DNA of 64,000 bases from Chloroflexota bacterium (GCA_027623675.1 JAQBVF010000008.1:1-64000); one strand, 5' to 3'. Positions 9,872 through 19,817 are shown, counted from the stretch's first letter. Translations and numbers: made by a program. The notes: a model not told the origin generated them from the letters alone.

Positions 9872-10663
9872 ATGCCCTATGCAGACATTCCCGGAGCGCG
9901 GCTCTGGTACACGGACACCGGCGGGGCTGGCGACGGCCGGACGCCGGTGGTGTTCCTGCACGCCGCGTCAGGAAACACCGACTGCTGGGTGCACCAGGAG
10001 CCGGCGTTCACCGCGGCCGGATACCGCTGCGTCGCCTACGACCGGCGAAATTGGGGGCGCACTGAGGTCACAGACCCCACCGGCGCGCCGGGCTCGGCCA
10101 GCGACGACCTAGAAGCCTTCGCCGAACGCATGGGCCTGGACCGGTTCCACCTGGTGGCCACGGCGCTGGGCGGCATCATCGGGCTGGATTACACCGTGGA
10201 ATACCCTAACCGGGTGGTCAGCCTGTCCGTCTCCAGCACCTTTACGGGGGTCTCGGACGCGTCCTATATGGAGGTCCAAGACCGGCTGCGTCCGGCGGAG
10301 ATCTCCAACCTGCCCATCGTGCTGCGCGAGGTGGGGCCGTCATACCGGGCGGTCAACCCCGAAGGCACGGCCAAGTGGCTGGAGATCGAGGAGAACAGCC
10401 GCCACCGGATCACCCCGGACCAGGCCCAGTCGGCCCGCGGTCCCATGACCTACGCCCGGCTGGAGCGGATGCGGACTCCGGTGCTGATGCTGTCGGGCGA
10501 GGCCGACCTGCTTTCGCCGCCGGCCATGATGCGCCTGGTGGCCGAACACATCCCCGGCTGCCGCTTCGAGACCGTGTCCGAGGCCGGTCACGCCGCCTTC
10601 TGGGAGCAGCCCGAGATCTGGAACCGCCTGGTGCTGGAGTTCATCGGCGGGCACCCGGCGTAG
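9872..10663 (+). CDS. Alpha/beta hydrolase fold protein lacking the canonical Ser nucleophile
   Basis: YDRRNWGRT, ATALGG elbow, GEAD, AGHAAFWEQP; SD GGAGG. Confidence 0.9.
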   Translation: MPYADIPGARLWYTDTGGAGDGRTPVVFLHAASGNTDCWVHQEPAFTAAGYRCVAYDRRNWGRTEVTDPTGAPGSASDDLEAFAERMGLDRFHLVATALGGIIGLDYTVEYPNRVVSLSVSSTFTGVSDASYMEVQDRLRPAEISNLPIVLREVGPSYRAVNPEGTAKWLEIEENSRHRITPDQAQSARGPMTYARLERMRTPVLMLSGEADLLSPPAMMRLVAEHIPGCRFETVSEAGHAAFWEQPEIWNRLVLEFIGGHPA

Positions 10664-10707
10664 GGTCGGAAAAGAAACACCGCGTTATCCAAAGGTCCTA
10701 AACGCAG

Positions 10708-10738
10708 GCAGGGGCTTCCCGAACGGGACGCCCCCGCG
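10708..10738. repeat. REP-like palindrome, copy 1
   Basis: gcaggggcttcccg-aa-cgggacgcccccgcg between convergent genes. Confidence 0.6.
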
Positions 10739-10761
10739 CGCATCAACCACGGCTGTTGAAA

Positions 10762-11544
10762 CTAAATATTCTTGGCGAAGTCTCTCAGGCCGCCAAAGTC
10801 GGCTTTGAAGCCTTCGGTGAGCGCGCGGCGGTCGGTGCCGTGGAGGACGAACCGGGCGCCCTGGGAGATCCAGTACTCGGACAACTCGGGGGTCTGCTGG
10901 TGGACCAGGGTGGCGATGCCGTGGGCCTCGGACGTGTCGATCACCTTCTTCACCGTGTCCTGGTAGATCTTCTCGCCGTACTGGTCGGGGATGCCCAGGG
11001 AGATGCTCATGTCGTTGGGGCCGACGAAGATGCCGTCGATGCCCGGCACCTCCAGTATCTTCTCCAGGTTGTTCACCGCGGCCACGCTCTCGATCCCGAT
11101 GATGCAGATGCTGTTCTTATTGCGCTCCTCCAGGTAGGCCCGGGTAGCGTCGCTGACGTGCTCGCCCGAGTTCACCACCCGGTCGGCGGCCTCGCCCTTG
11201 AGGGGACGCCACTTGGCGGCGGCAACCACCTCCCGCACCTGATCCACGGTCTCGCAGTAGGGGGCCAGGATGCCCTGGGCGCCGGCGTCCAAGGCCATGG
11301 TCACGTAGTGGGAGTCGGGGATGGGGATGCGCACGATAGGCACGACGCCGCTGGTGTTCATCATGATCAGGAAGTCGCCCAGCTCGCCCCGGCTGCGGTA
11401 GTTATGCTCGGTGTCGATAACCACGTAGTCCAGGCCCACGCTGTCCAGGATGGGTATCCACTTGGGGTTCCGGGCGATGGAGATCATCGTTCCGAACACC
11501 CGTCCGCCCGACTTCAATGTTGCCTTGAGTTCTGCTCCGTTCAT
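10762..11544 (-). CDS. HpcH/HpaI aldolase family protein
   Basis: IDTEH, LDAGAQGILAP, IES, FVGPNDMS; SD AGGAG. Confidence 0.9.
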   Translation of the reverse strand: MNGAELKATLKSGGRVFGTMISIARNPKWIPILDSVGLDYVVIDTEHNYRSRGELGDFLIMMNTSGVVPIVRIPIPDSHYVTMALDAGAQGILAPYCETVDQVREVVAAAKWRPLKGEAADRVVNSGEHVSDATRAYLEERNKNSICIIGIESVAAVNNLEKILEVPGIDGIFVGPNDMSISLGIPDQYGEKIYQDTVKKVIDTSEAHGIATLVHQQTPELSEYWISQGARFVLHGTDRRALTEGFKADFGGLRDFAKNI

Positions 11545-11563
11545 GGTCCATTCTCCTATGACT

Positions 11564-11599
11564 CGCAGGGGCATCCCGGCGCGCCGGGATGCCCCTGCG
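11564..11599. repeat. Perfect 36-bp palindrome, REP-like copy 2
   Basis: cgcaggggcatcccggcg|cgccgggatgcccctgcg. Confidence 0.8.
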
Positions 11600-11627
11600 G
11601 TGTTTCGTGGTTTCGCGTTCCGGCGGT

Positions 11628-12710
11628 CTATTGGTTGGGGCTCATCACGCTCTGGCAGAGACGGGCGGTGGCCATCAGGTCGGGTATGACCACGTACTCG
11701 TTCACGGTGTGCATCTCGTTGGTGGCCATGCCGACCACGATGCAGTCGATGCCGTTCAGCCGCATGGCGTTGGCGTCGGTGCCGCCGCCGGAGGGCTTGA
11801 TGTCGGGAATCATCTTCATGTTCTTCAGCATGCTGGTGACCAGCCGGACCACCGGCTCGTTGGGATCAAGGGTGTACATCTGGAACATCATTTCCAGCTC
11901 TTCCCTGATGGTGGCCTCCTGGTACTTGGCCCTGGCCCGGTCCAGCGCTTCCCTGACCTGCAGACCCAAAAGGTCAACGGTCTCCGTGTTCCGGCTGCGG
12001 AACTCGCCGCCGAAAGACGCCTCCACCGGCACGGCGTTCCGCACGGTGCCGCCGGTGATCAGTCCCACGTTGAAGGTTGATTCTTCATCCAAGCGGCCCT
12101 GGGGCAGGTCGTTGATGATCTCGGTGGCGATGCGGATGGCGGACAGACCCTTCTCCGGCTCCACCCCGGCGTGGGCGCCCCGGCCGGTCACCGTCACGTC
12201 GAATTTCATGTAGGTGGGGCTGGCGCCGGTGATGGTGTTGACCGGGCCGTTGCCGTCGAACACCACGGCCTCTTTGCAGTGGATCATCGAGTAGTCCAGA
12301 TTGGCCGCTCCCACCAGGCCGATCTCCTCGCCCCTGGTCAGCACGACCTGAACGGGCCGGCGGGGTGTGCCGTCTTCCTTAGCCGACTCCAAAGCCTCCA
12401 TGATGGCGGCCACGCCGGCCTTGCAGTCACCCCCCAAGATGGTCGTGCCGTCGGAGCGGATGATGTCGCCGTCCACCTGGGGCTTGATGCCGCGGCCAGG
12501 GTCCACGGTGTCCATGTGGGCCGACAGCATCAGCGGGTTGTCGCCGTCTTCAGAGGCGATGACATTCCCGTGGGCGTCCCTGGCGACGCTGAATCCCAGG
12601 GCCGTCAGCCGGCCGGTCAGGTGCCTGGCCACGTCCTCTTCTTCGTCGGACGGACTGTCGATCTTCACCAGTTCGCAGAATGCGTTGACCAAGCGTTCCT
12701 GATTAATCAT
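11628..12710 (-). CDS. M20 family peptidase T-like metallopeptidase
   Basis: SAHMDTV, LGGDCKAG, EEIGL, AHAG, GGGTDAN, MHTVNE. Confidence 0.92.
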   Translation of the reverse strand: MINQERLVNAFCELVKIDSPSDEEEDVARHLTGRLTALGFSVARDAHGNVIASEDGDNPLMLSAHMDTVDPGRGIKPQVDGDIIRSDGTTILGGDCKAGVAAIMEALESAKEDGTPRRPVQVVLTRGEEIGLVGAANLDYSMIHCKEAVVFDGNGPVNTITGASPTYMKFDVTVTGRGAHAGVEPEKGLSAIRIATEIINDLPQGRLDEESTFNVGLITGGTVRNAVPVEASFGGEFRSRNTETVDLLGLQVREALDRARAKYQEATIREELEMMFQMYTLDPNEPVVRLVTSMLKNMKMIPDIKPSGGGTDANAMRLNGIDCIVVGMATNEMHTVNEYVVIPDLMATARLCQSVMSPNQ

Positions 12711-12807
12711 CTTTCCTCTGTGTCTTTCATTTGGGTGATTGGGTAAGGGCATCGGGAGGCTGGAATTAGGCTCCGGGTATTATACATTATGTCAGGGGGA
12801 AACAGGC

Positions 12808-13683
12808 TCACGGCGAGAGGGCGATCAGCGCCAATCCGCCGGCGATAAAGCTGGAACCGAGCAGCCGCCCGCCGCCGAAGGGTTCCTTCAAGATATAGGC
12901 GCCCATCAGCACCCCGATGACGATGCCGACCTCCCGCGCCGGCGCCACATAGCTGACCTTGGACAGCGAAAACGCCGTCAGCACCAACCCGTAAGCGGTG
13001 AACACCAGCAGTCCGGCCACCGTTATGGGCACTGCGTTGGCGCGCCATTCTTTCCTGACGGAATCGACCCCTTTATGGACTAATATGTATGGGGCCAAAG
13101 CCACTGCCGTTCCAATGGTCAAAAAATACATGTACAAAATCGGTTGGATATGGCTGACTCCCTCCTTATCAACGATGGAATATACCGCAATGGTTAGCCC
13201 GGTGAGCACTGCGTAACGCATTCCGGCCGATTTTAGGAACAGCAGGGGACTTCGCAATACTTGATGAAAATTGCCCCACCATGAGATTGTGTATATCCCG
13301 GCAACGATGGCGGCGATACCGGCGATGGCCATGGGCTGGATAGACTCGTCCAGGAAGATGACCGCCAGCACCGGCACCAGCATGGGGCCCATGCCCCGGG
13401 CCACGGGGTAGACCAGCGACAGGTCGCCGGTGGCATAGCCCCGGCTGAGCAGGTTGAAGTAGAAGAAGTGGAGGCCGATGGTGGCCAGCCCGAACCACAG
13501 TCCAGTGAGGCTGACCGAGTTGTACCAGAGCAGCGCCGCTCCCAGCGGGGCCAGCAGGACCGTGCCCGTAACCAGCAGGCACCAGGAGAAGACCTCCGGG
13601 TCTCCGGCCCGCTTCAAGAGCAGGTTCCAAGATGCGTGGGCCACCGCCGACAGCAGGACCAACGCCAGGGATAGAGCGGTCAT
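12808..13683 (-). CDS. EamA/DMT family transporter
   Basis: HASWN, GDLSLVYPVARG, YSIVDK, VAPARE; about ten TM segments. Confidence 0.9.
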   Translation of the reverse strand: MTALSLALVLLSAVAHASWNLLLKRAGDPEVFSWCLLVTGTVLLAPLGAALLWYNSVSLTGLWFGLATIGLHFFYFNLLSRGYATGDLSLVYPVARGMGPMLVPVLAVIFLDESIQPMAIAGIAAIVAGIYTISWWGNFHQVLRSPLLFLKSAGMRYAVLTGLTIAVYSIVDKEGVSHIQPILYMYFLTIGTAVALAPYILVHKGVDSVRKEWRANAVPITVAGLLVFTAYGLVLTAFSLSKVSYVAPAREVGIVIGVLMGAYILKEPFGGGRLLGSSFIAGGLALIALSP

Positions 13684-13769
13684 GGCCCGGAGTATAGCAC
13701 CGGGCACGGCAAAGGATTGATCTGGTCCGCTTTCGGCCAGTCCAAAATGATTAATCAGGGGAGCGATTC

Positions 13770-14465
13770 GTGGCAGTAAGCCATATACAGCAGTTGGCGG
13801 CCTTGACCGAAGAGATAGTCGCCTGCCGGGTCTGCACCCGCCTGGTCAACTGGCGGGAGAAGATCGGCGCCGAGAAACGGGCGTCATACCGGGACTGGGA
13901 CTACTGGGCCAAACCAGTGCCCAGCTTCGGCGACCCCGATGCGTCCCTGGTGCTGCTGGGCCTGGCGCCGGCGGCCCACGGCGGCAACCGGACCGGCCGG
14001 GTGTTCACCGGCGACCCATCGGCGACGTTCCTGACCGCCGCCATGCACCAGGCCGGACTGGCCAATCAACCGACCTCCGAGCACCGGGACGACGGCCTGA
14101 AGCTCACCGGCGTTTACGTCTCGGCGGCGGTCCGGTGCGTTCCCCCAGGCGACAAGCCCACGCCGGAGGAGCAGCGCACCTGCCTGCCGTACCTGGTGCA
14201 AGAACTGAAAACCCTGCCCAACCTCAAGGTGGTCATGGCCCTGGGCCACATCGCTTTCCGGGCCGCCCTGCAGACCCTGAGCGACATGGCAGGCGAGAAG
14301 CTGAAGGGCAAATTCATCCACGGCGAGGTCTACCGGTTCGGGCCTGGGTTGCCGATGATGGTCGCCTCGTATCACCCCAGCCCCCGGAACACCAACACCG
14401 GCGTCCTAAACATGGACGCCCTGGTAAAGGTGCTAAACCAGGCCAAGGAACTGAGCCTGAGTTAA
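13770..14465 (+). CDS. udgB: Uracil-DNA glycosylase family 5
   Basis: GLAPAAHGGNRTGRVFTGD, Fe-S cysteines (CRVC), YHPSPRN. Confidence 0.9.
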   Translation: MAVSHIQQLAALTEEIVACRVCTRLVNWREKIGAEKRASYRDWDYWAKPVPSFGDPDASLVLLGLAPAAHGGNRTGRVFTGDPSATFLTAAMHQAGLANQPTSEHRDDGLKLTGVYVSAAVRCVPPGDKPTPEEQRTCLPYLVQELKTLPNLKVVMALGHIAFRAALQTLSDMAGEKLKGKFIHGEVYRFGPGLPMMVASYHPSPRNTNTGVLNMDALVKVLNQAKELSLS

Positions 14466-14521
14466 CCTTAGGGCCAACTCCATCACCCAGTCACGCAGTC
14501 ACCCCGGAGAAGCTAACCGCC

Positions 14522-15118
14522 ATGCCCTCCGTCCCGGTTACCGTTTGGTTCGACTACACCTGCCCCCACTCGTATATCGGCCTGGCCCGGCTGGATGAAC
14601 TGGCGTCCGTTGTGGATATTGAGGTCGACCGACGGCCATTTCTGGCCCGCCCCGAGTTGATCGACGAGGGATACGCCCCAAACCCGATTCAACAACAAGA
14701 AGTGCCATTGGAATCCCGGCGCCGGCCCCTCTACAAACCGGGCGAGAGCATCGGAACGGAACCTGCTTCCAACCGGTCCCTCAGCACCCTGCTGGTCCAC
14801 GCGGCGACGGCCTATGCCAAAGAGCTGGGGCTGGACGGCCGGTTCTTCCGGGCGGCGTCCAAGGAGTATTGGGAGCAGGGCTCAGACCTGGGCAGCCTCT
14901 ACACCATGCGCCGGCTGGCTGGGGCAACGGGGTTGGACTGGGCCGACCTGTGGCCCAAGCTGGAGTCCGGCACCTACCAAGAATCGGTGCTATCCCAACA
15001 CCAAGCGGCCAAAGCAGCGGGCATCGCCCGGGCGCCGTCGTTCCGGGCGAACGGGGCGTTGCACTCAGGGAACATCAGCTTCGAACAACTAAAGGCGGCG
15101 GTCCTGAGGGCCAGGTAG
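14522..15118 (+). CDS. DsbA/FrnE-like thioredoxin-fold protein (CxxS)
   Basis: VWFDYTCPHSYIG; C-terminal GI.RAPSF; start moved to ATG 14522. Confidence 0.8.
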   Translation: MPSVPVTVWFDYTCPHSYIGLARLDELASVVDIEVDRRPFLARPELIDEGYAPNPIQQQEVPLESRRRPLYKPGESIGTEPASNRSLSTLLVHAATAYAKELGLDGRFFRAASKEYWEQGSDLGSLYTMRRLAGATGLDWADLWPKLESGTYQESVLSQHQAAKAAGIARAPSFRANGALHSGNISFEQLKAAVLRAR

Positions 15119-15144
15119 CCAAGGTCACCTCCCGTGATTTGTCT

Positions 15145-15555
15145 TTACTTGTCTTCCGGGCCCATCCATACGAATGGGTTGTGGGCCAGCTCCCAAAGGT
15201 GTCCGTCGGGGTCCTTGAAGTAGCCGGAGTACCCGCCCCAGAACACCTTTTGCGGCTGCTTGACCAACGTTGCACCGGCGGAAATGGCCATCTCCATCAC
15301 CTGGTCCACTTCGGCTTCGGAATGCAGGTTGTGCGCCAGCGCGAACCCGTTGAAACCGCTTCCCTCGGGCGACACCGTTGCGTCCTCGGCCAGGGAATCC
15401 CAGTTGTAGAGTCCGAGCCAGCTGCCGTTCAGGTTAAAGAAGGCGACCGTCGGAGGCGTCTCAATCTGTGGGAATCCGAGGCCGTCCCGGTAGAATCTTA
15501 TTGAGGTCTCCAGGTCCTTTACGCCCAGCGTGACCATGGTGATCCGAGGCTGCAT
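15145..15555 (-). CDS. VOC/glyoxalase family protein
   Basis: ITMVTLGVKDL..FY..GLG, FWGGYSGYFKDPDGHLWE. Confidence 0.93.
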   Translation of the reverse strand: MQPRITMVTLGVKDLETSIRFYRDGLGFPQIETPPTVAFFNLNGSWLGLYNWDSLAEDATVSPEGSGFNGFALAHNLHSEAEVDQVMEMAISAGATLVKQPQKVFWGGYSGYFKDPDGHLWELAHNPFVWMGPEDK

Positions 15556-15733
15556 GGCTAACCCCCAACCGCAGAGTGGAGTCCTGTCTCGCTCGAAGCG
15601 GCAGCACCCCGGAAAAGTTGGATTCCGCATTATGCTCCGGAACGTGGTGGGCAGGGAACAGCCTGATGGCGCAAATCGACCGGAGGCTTTAACTTCACCG
15701 CCATCGGGGTCGCCTTCGAGGTCAGCCAGAGGA

Positions 15734-16567
15734 TCAGCCGCCCACGAACCGCCGGCCGAAACCAACCGCCACCTCCGGGTTGCCGTCGAAGGTCAACCGG
15801 CCCTCAGACAGGGCTTCGATCACCTTGAGCCGCCCGTACATGAGCAGAACATAGGTCTCGCCGCCGCACTGGAAGGTGACGTCGGGTTCCTGGCTCCCAG
15901 CCGGTAGAACTTGTGCGCCCTCCGCCGACACGACGATGTCCTTTCTTTTGTCTTGAAGGCCGTCCAAGACGAACCGGTGTTGCAGCGGTTTCGCGAGCGA
16001 CGGGTCCGGCCGGAACGCCCGGCGGACCGCCCGGTCGACCGTGTCGATGAGAGCCCCAACGCTGCCCGGCGAGAGATGGTATTGGCTGTCCAAGACCGAC
16101 CTGATGTCCCAGGTATGCATGGTCAACTCGGCGATCCGCATGTCCAGCAGGGTCCGGACCGGCTCCGGACCGGGAGGCCAGTAGCACGGCTTGTCCCAGT
16201 CTCCGGCTGACACGCCGTTGAAGACCGCCACCGTTTCGTCCAAGCGTTGGACCAAGACGTCGCTCAGCTTCTCGCCGTGCTGCTCACGGGTTGCCAGGGC
16301 CCGGTCGAAGATACTGCGGGCGAACCGGTCCTCGTCATGGTCGGCCACCGGCGGCGCGCCTTCGGGGGGCGATACGTCGCCCTGCAGACCCCGGCTCACC
16401 CGCAGAGCGAAGTCCTGCCCGGCCAGATGCGCCATAACGTCGGCCACCGACCAGTCCACGCAGGCGCTGGGCCTCGCCAAGTCGCCAGCCGACAGCGTTG
16501 GCAGAAACTGCTTAACGGCCTCGACCTCAGCCGCCAAGACCCTTGCCCGTTGTTCAGGAGTGTCCAT
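15734..16567 (-). CDS. Maleylpyruvate isomerase family (MDMPI/DinB) protein with SCP2-like C-terminus
   Basis: PSACVDWSVADVMAHL, ELTMHTWD. Confidence 0.85.
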   Translation of the reverse strand: MDTPEQRARVLAAEVEAVKQFLPTLSAGDLARPSACVDWSVADVMAHLAGQDFALRVSRGLQGDVSPPEGAPPVADHDEDRFARSIFDRALATREQHGEKLSDVLVQRLDETVAVFNGVSAGDWDKPCYWPPGPEPVRTLLDMRIAELTMHTWDIRSVLDSQYHLSPGSVGALIDTVDRAVRRAFRPDPSLAKPLQHRFVLDGLQDKRKDIVVSAEGAQVLPAGSQEPDVTFQCGGETYVLLMYGRLKVIEALSEGRLTFDGNPEVAVGFGRRFVGG

Positions 16568-16626
16568 CTTGTTCTTTCCGCTTATCCCGCCCTATGGGCG
16601 CTTGGGTGGGCACCCGCTTTTTCCGT

Positions 16627-16666
16627 GGGTGTCTCCGGGTGTCTCCGGGTGTCTCCGGGTGTCTCC
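16627..16666. repeat. Tandem repeat, GGGTGTCTCC x4
   Basis: Four exact copies read directly in the intergenic region. Confidence 0.95.
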
Positions 16667-16698
16667 GGGAAATCATACACGACGGACCCGTTTCGACA

Positions 16699-18249
16699 TC
16701 AGTCGGCGTCGCCCAGGTCCGAGATGGTTACTCGGTAGCTGGGGTTGCCTTGGCCATGTGCTTCGATGTCTTCGGGGGGCGCGAGGACGTTGGCCTTCCG
16801 CAGCATCCGCTGGCAGTTCTCGCTCAGGTTGAGCAGGTGTACCCGCGTTCCGGCGCGGTGGTATCGCTGGGCCAGGTCCACGATGGCCTCCATGCCCGAG
16901 TGGTCCCAAACCCGCGAGTTAGCGAAGTCGATGATGACTTCGGCCGGGTCTGAAGCGGGGTCGAACAATTCCCTGAACGTGCTGACCGATGCGAAGCAGA
17001 GCTGTCCGTGGAGGTTGTAGACGCGCCGGTGCAGCGTGGTCCCGATCCCCGCGTCGACGTAGATGTGGCGGGCGGTATTCCAGGCCAATACCAGGGCGGA
17101 AACGATCACTCCCACGACCACCGCGATCGCCAGGTCGGTGGCAACGGTAACCGCCGAAACCAGCACCATGACCATGGCGTCGGAGAGCGGCACCTTCCGG
17201 ATGATGCGCAGGCTGGACCACGAGAAGGTCCCGATGACCACCACGAACATCACGCCCACCAGAGCGGCAATGGGGATCCGCTCGATCAACGGCGAGGCGA
17301 ACAGGATGAACAGCAGCAGAAACAGCGCCGCCAGTATCCCCGACAGCCGCATCCTAGCCCCGGATTTAATGTTAATCATGCTCTGGCCAATCATGGCGCA
17401 ACCGCCCATGCCGCCAAAGAACCCAGTCACCACGTTCGCCAAACCCTGTGACATGCACTCGCGGTTCTTCTGGCCCTTCGTCTCCGTCAAACCGTCGATC
17501 AACGAGAGGGTGAGCAGGGATTCGATGAGTCCTATTCCCGCCAGGATGAAGGCGAAGGGCAGTATGATCCGGACAGTCTCCATGTTGAACGGCACGTCGG
17601 GCACGGCGAATATGGGAAGCCCGCCCGATATGCTTGCCAGGTCGCCGACCGTCGGGGTGTTGATCCCGCCCAGTATCACCGCCGCTGAAACGACTAATAT
17701 CCCGGTCAGCGCCGCGGGGACCCGCTTGGAGAGCCGGGGCGTCAGATAGATGACCGTCATGGTCACGGCGATCAGCCCAACCATGACCGCCAGGTCAGCG
17801 AAGGGCAGCCACGTCTTGCTGCCGTCGGCGCCTTCGACTTTGAAACTCTCTAGCTGCGCCAGGAAGATGACGATGGCCAGCCCGTTAACGAATCCAAGCA
17901 TCACTGGGAAGGGCACCATGCGTATCAGGTTGCCCAGCCGCAAGGCCCCAACGGCCATCTGGATGATGCCCATCAAAACGACGGTGATGAACAGGTATTG
18001 GACGCCATTCTCGGAGACCAGTGACACCATGACCACCGCCAGCGATCCGGTGGCGCCGGAGATCATGCCGGGCCGCCCCCCGGTGAGCGACGTGATAAAC
18101 CCGACGATGAACGCGGCGTAAAGCCCCACCAACGGGTGGACCCCCACCACGAATGCGAAGGCCACCGCCTCTGGGACGAGGGCCAGCGAAACGGTGAGTC
18201 CGGCCAGTGATTCGGTTCGAAATTTGGACAGTTGAGCAAGCTGAAGCAT
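16699..18249 (-). CDS. SulP family anion transporter with STAS domain
   Basis: LALVPEAVAF, GGRPGMISGATG, GCAMIGQS, C-terminal STAS (IIDF..VWDHSG). Confidence 0.94.
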   Translation of the reverse strand: MLQLAQLSKFRTESLAGLTVSLALVPEAVAFAFVVGVHPLVGLYAAFIVGFITSLTGGRPGMISGATGSLAVVMVSLVSENGVQYLFITVVLMGIIQMAVGALRLGNLIRMVPFPVMLGFVNGLAIVIFLAQLESFKVEGADGSKTWLPFADLAVMVGLIAVTMTVIYLTPRLSKRVPAALTGILVVSAAVILGGINTPTVGDLASISGGLPIFAVPDVPFNMETVRIILPFAFILAGIGLIESLLTLSLIDGLTETKGQKNRECMSQGLANVVTGFFGGMGGCAMIGQSMINIKSGARMRLSGILAALFLLLFILFASPLIERIPIAALVGVMFVVVIGTFSWSSLRIIRKVPLSDAMVMVLVSAVTVATDLAIAVVVGVIVSALVLAWNTARHIYVDAGIGTTLHRRVYNLHGQLCFASVSTFRELFDPASDPAEVIIDFANSRVWDHSGMEAIVDLAQRYHRAGTRVHLLNLSENCQRMLRKANVLAPPEDIEAHGQGNPSYRVTISDLGDAD

Positions 18250-18903
18250 TAGTAGTACGGCCTATGTTTGCTTTCTGCATCCGAAGCCGCAACGGGCCTG
18301 TGGAGGCAACCTTGGGGGTTGTACGCAATCGGTCGGGGCCAAGTGTCCGGGATATTCTTCCGGTGATACGCCCACGGGCGACGGCGCGGTTAACGTTCAA
18401 TCGCCGGACTGCGCGAACGGACGCCGCGGGACTCGGTCGGAAGAAAGCCGGGGCCTGGTGTCTAGCCGGTCTTGACCTGGTTTGCGGGCCTTAGTTGAGG
18501 GGAAGCGCTATCTCAGTGGCGAGCAGACTTGCGATGCATCTGATCTTCATCGAGGGCCGGCACGCCCGTCTTAATAAGCAGCAGTGCCGGTAAATAATCT
18601 CTTCAAAAAAGGACCGGTCACGGACTGCGCCGCAACCGGGGAATATGCCAAGGGTCTCTTCTTTCGTATCTTCTTTCGGTTCTACAACTAAGATCGTTCC
18701 GCGCGCGGTTCCACTCGCGGCTCTATCGGAATCTGCTTTTCATTGTACGGCCCACCCCGGCCCAAAGGAAAGCAGCGCGCGTGTCCTTACCTTTAATTTC
18801 GTAACATCGGCTGGTAGAGTCCGCTGCCAGGTCTCCGCCAATGACCCTGTCCTGCACTCCGATCAACTCGCTTGGTCCCGCGGCCGCCGCGCCGTCCCGA
18901 GAG

Positions 18904-19596
18904 TCAGCGCCGCACGATCTCACCGATGTCCATCAGTTGGTCGAAACCCACCACAGGGAATCCGTGCTTCACGGCGGCGGCCCTAAGTTTTTCCCTAGCC
19001 TCTCCCCGGACATACAGGCCGGAGTCGACCAACAGGAACGGCATCCCCAGTTCAACCGCCGCCTCCAAGTCGTGGCTGGAATCGCCGGCGTAGAGCGCGT
19101 TGTCAACCTGCCCGCCCAGCCTCTCCACCGTCTTGGTTAAGATCTCCGGGTCCGGTTTGCCGTTGGTGACATCATCCACGGTCAAGACAGCGTCGAAGTA
19201 CGACTCGACGCCGTGATGGGCCAGCACTCTATCAACCACCAAACGGCTGCTCATGGTGGCCACGGCCAGCCGGAACTCGCGGTCCTTCAACAGAGCAAGA
19301 AGCTCTTTCACACCCGACAGCAAGACCACTTCGCCGGTGAGGTCCAACTGTAGACCGCTCCGCAACTTGATCGCATCTTCCAGCAACTGGCTGGCCCGGT
19401 ACGCGCCCAGGTCTCGCTCCAAGAAATGGTTCAGCAGCTTGCGGGCGCCACCGCCGAAGACCTCCCTCAGGTCAGCGGCGGTCACCCGGACATCGAACCG
19501 GGACAACGCCTGGATGGTTGCCCCCAGCGCCGCCGGTTGGCTGTCCACCAAGGTCCCGTCCAAGTCGAATATTACGGTATCAATGCTGTCGGTCAT
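18904..19596 (-). CDS. HAD family phosphatase
   Basis: FDLDGTLVDS, KPDP, GDSSHD. Confidence 0.92.
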   Translation of the reverse strand: MTDSIDTVIFDLDGTLVDSQPAALGATIQALSRFDVRVTAADLREVFGGGARKLLNHFLERDLGAYRASQLLEDAIKLRSGLQLDLTGEVVLLSGVKELLALLKDREFRLAVATMSSRLVVDRVLAHHGVESYFDAVLTVDDVTNGKPDPEILTKTVERLGGQVDNALYAGDSSHDLEAAVELGMPFLLVDSGLYVRGEAREKLRAAAVKHGFPVVGFDQLMDIGEIVRR

Positions 19597-19740
19597 TTTT
19601 GTACGAATCTACTCCAGGGCTGGTATGTCGGAGATTGACTAAGGAATGGTACCTCGTTGCCGAGATTTGGCAACTCGGCAAAAGAAAAGACCCCTGGAAA
19701 CTCTAAAGAAATTCCCGGGGGTCATTTTGGTGCCTGAGTT

Positions 19741-19817
19741 TGGTAGGGCGTAGGGGATTTGAACCCCTGATCTCCGCCTTGAGAGGGCGGTGTCCTGGGC
19801 CGCTAGACGAACGCCCC
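19741..19817 (-). tRNA. tRNA-Glu (anticodon CTC)
   Basis: Reverse complement GGGGCGT..CCGCC-CT-CTC-AA-GGCGG..GGTTCAAATCC..ACGCCCT-A-CCA folds as a cloverleaf. Confidence 0.96.

Noticed and set aside
14135..14521. N-terminal extension of the DsbA-like ORF, and similar extensions of the ORFs at 627, 15145, 28255 and 49888
   Set aside because: They overlap neighbouring genes or regulatory DNA; family homology, and in most cases an SD, supports the shorter starts
16627..16666. Repeats as a CRISPR array
   Set aside because: 10-bp units without spacers; no cas genes in the window
18480..18560. Fluoride or guanidine riboswitch upstream of sulP
   Set aside because: Conserved cores not found on the coding strand
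19620..19817. tRNA-Glu as an island attachment site
   Set aside because: No duplicated 3-prime end or integrase; neighbouring genes look host-like
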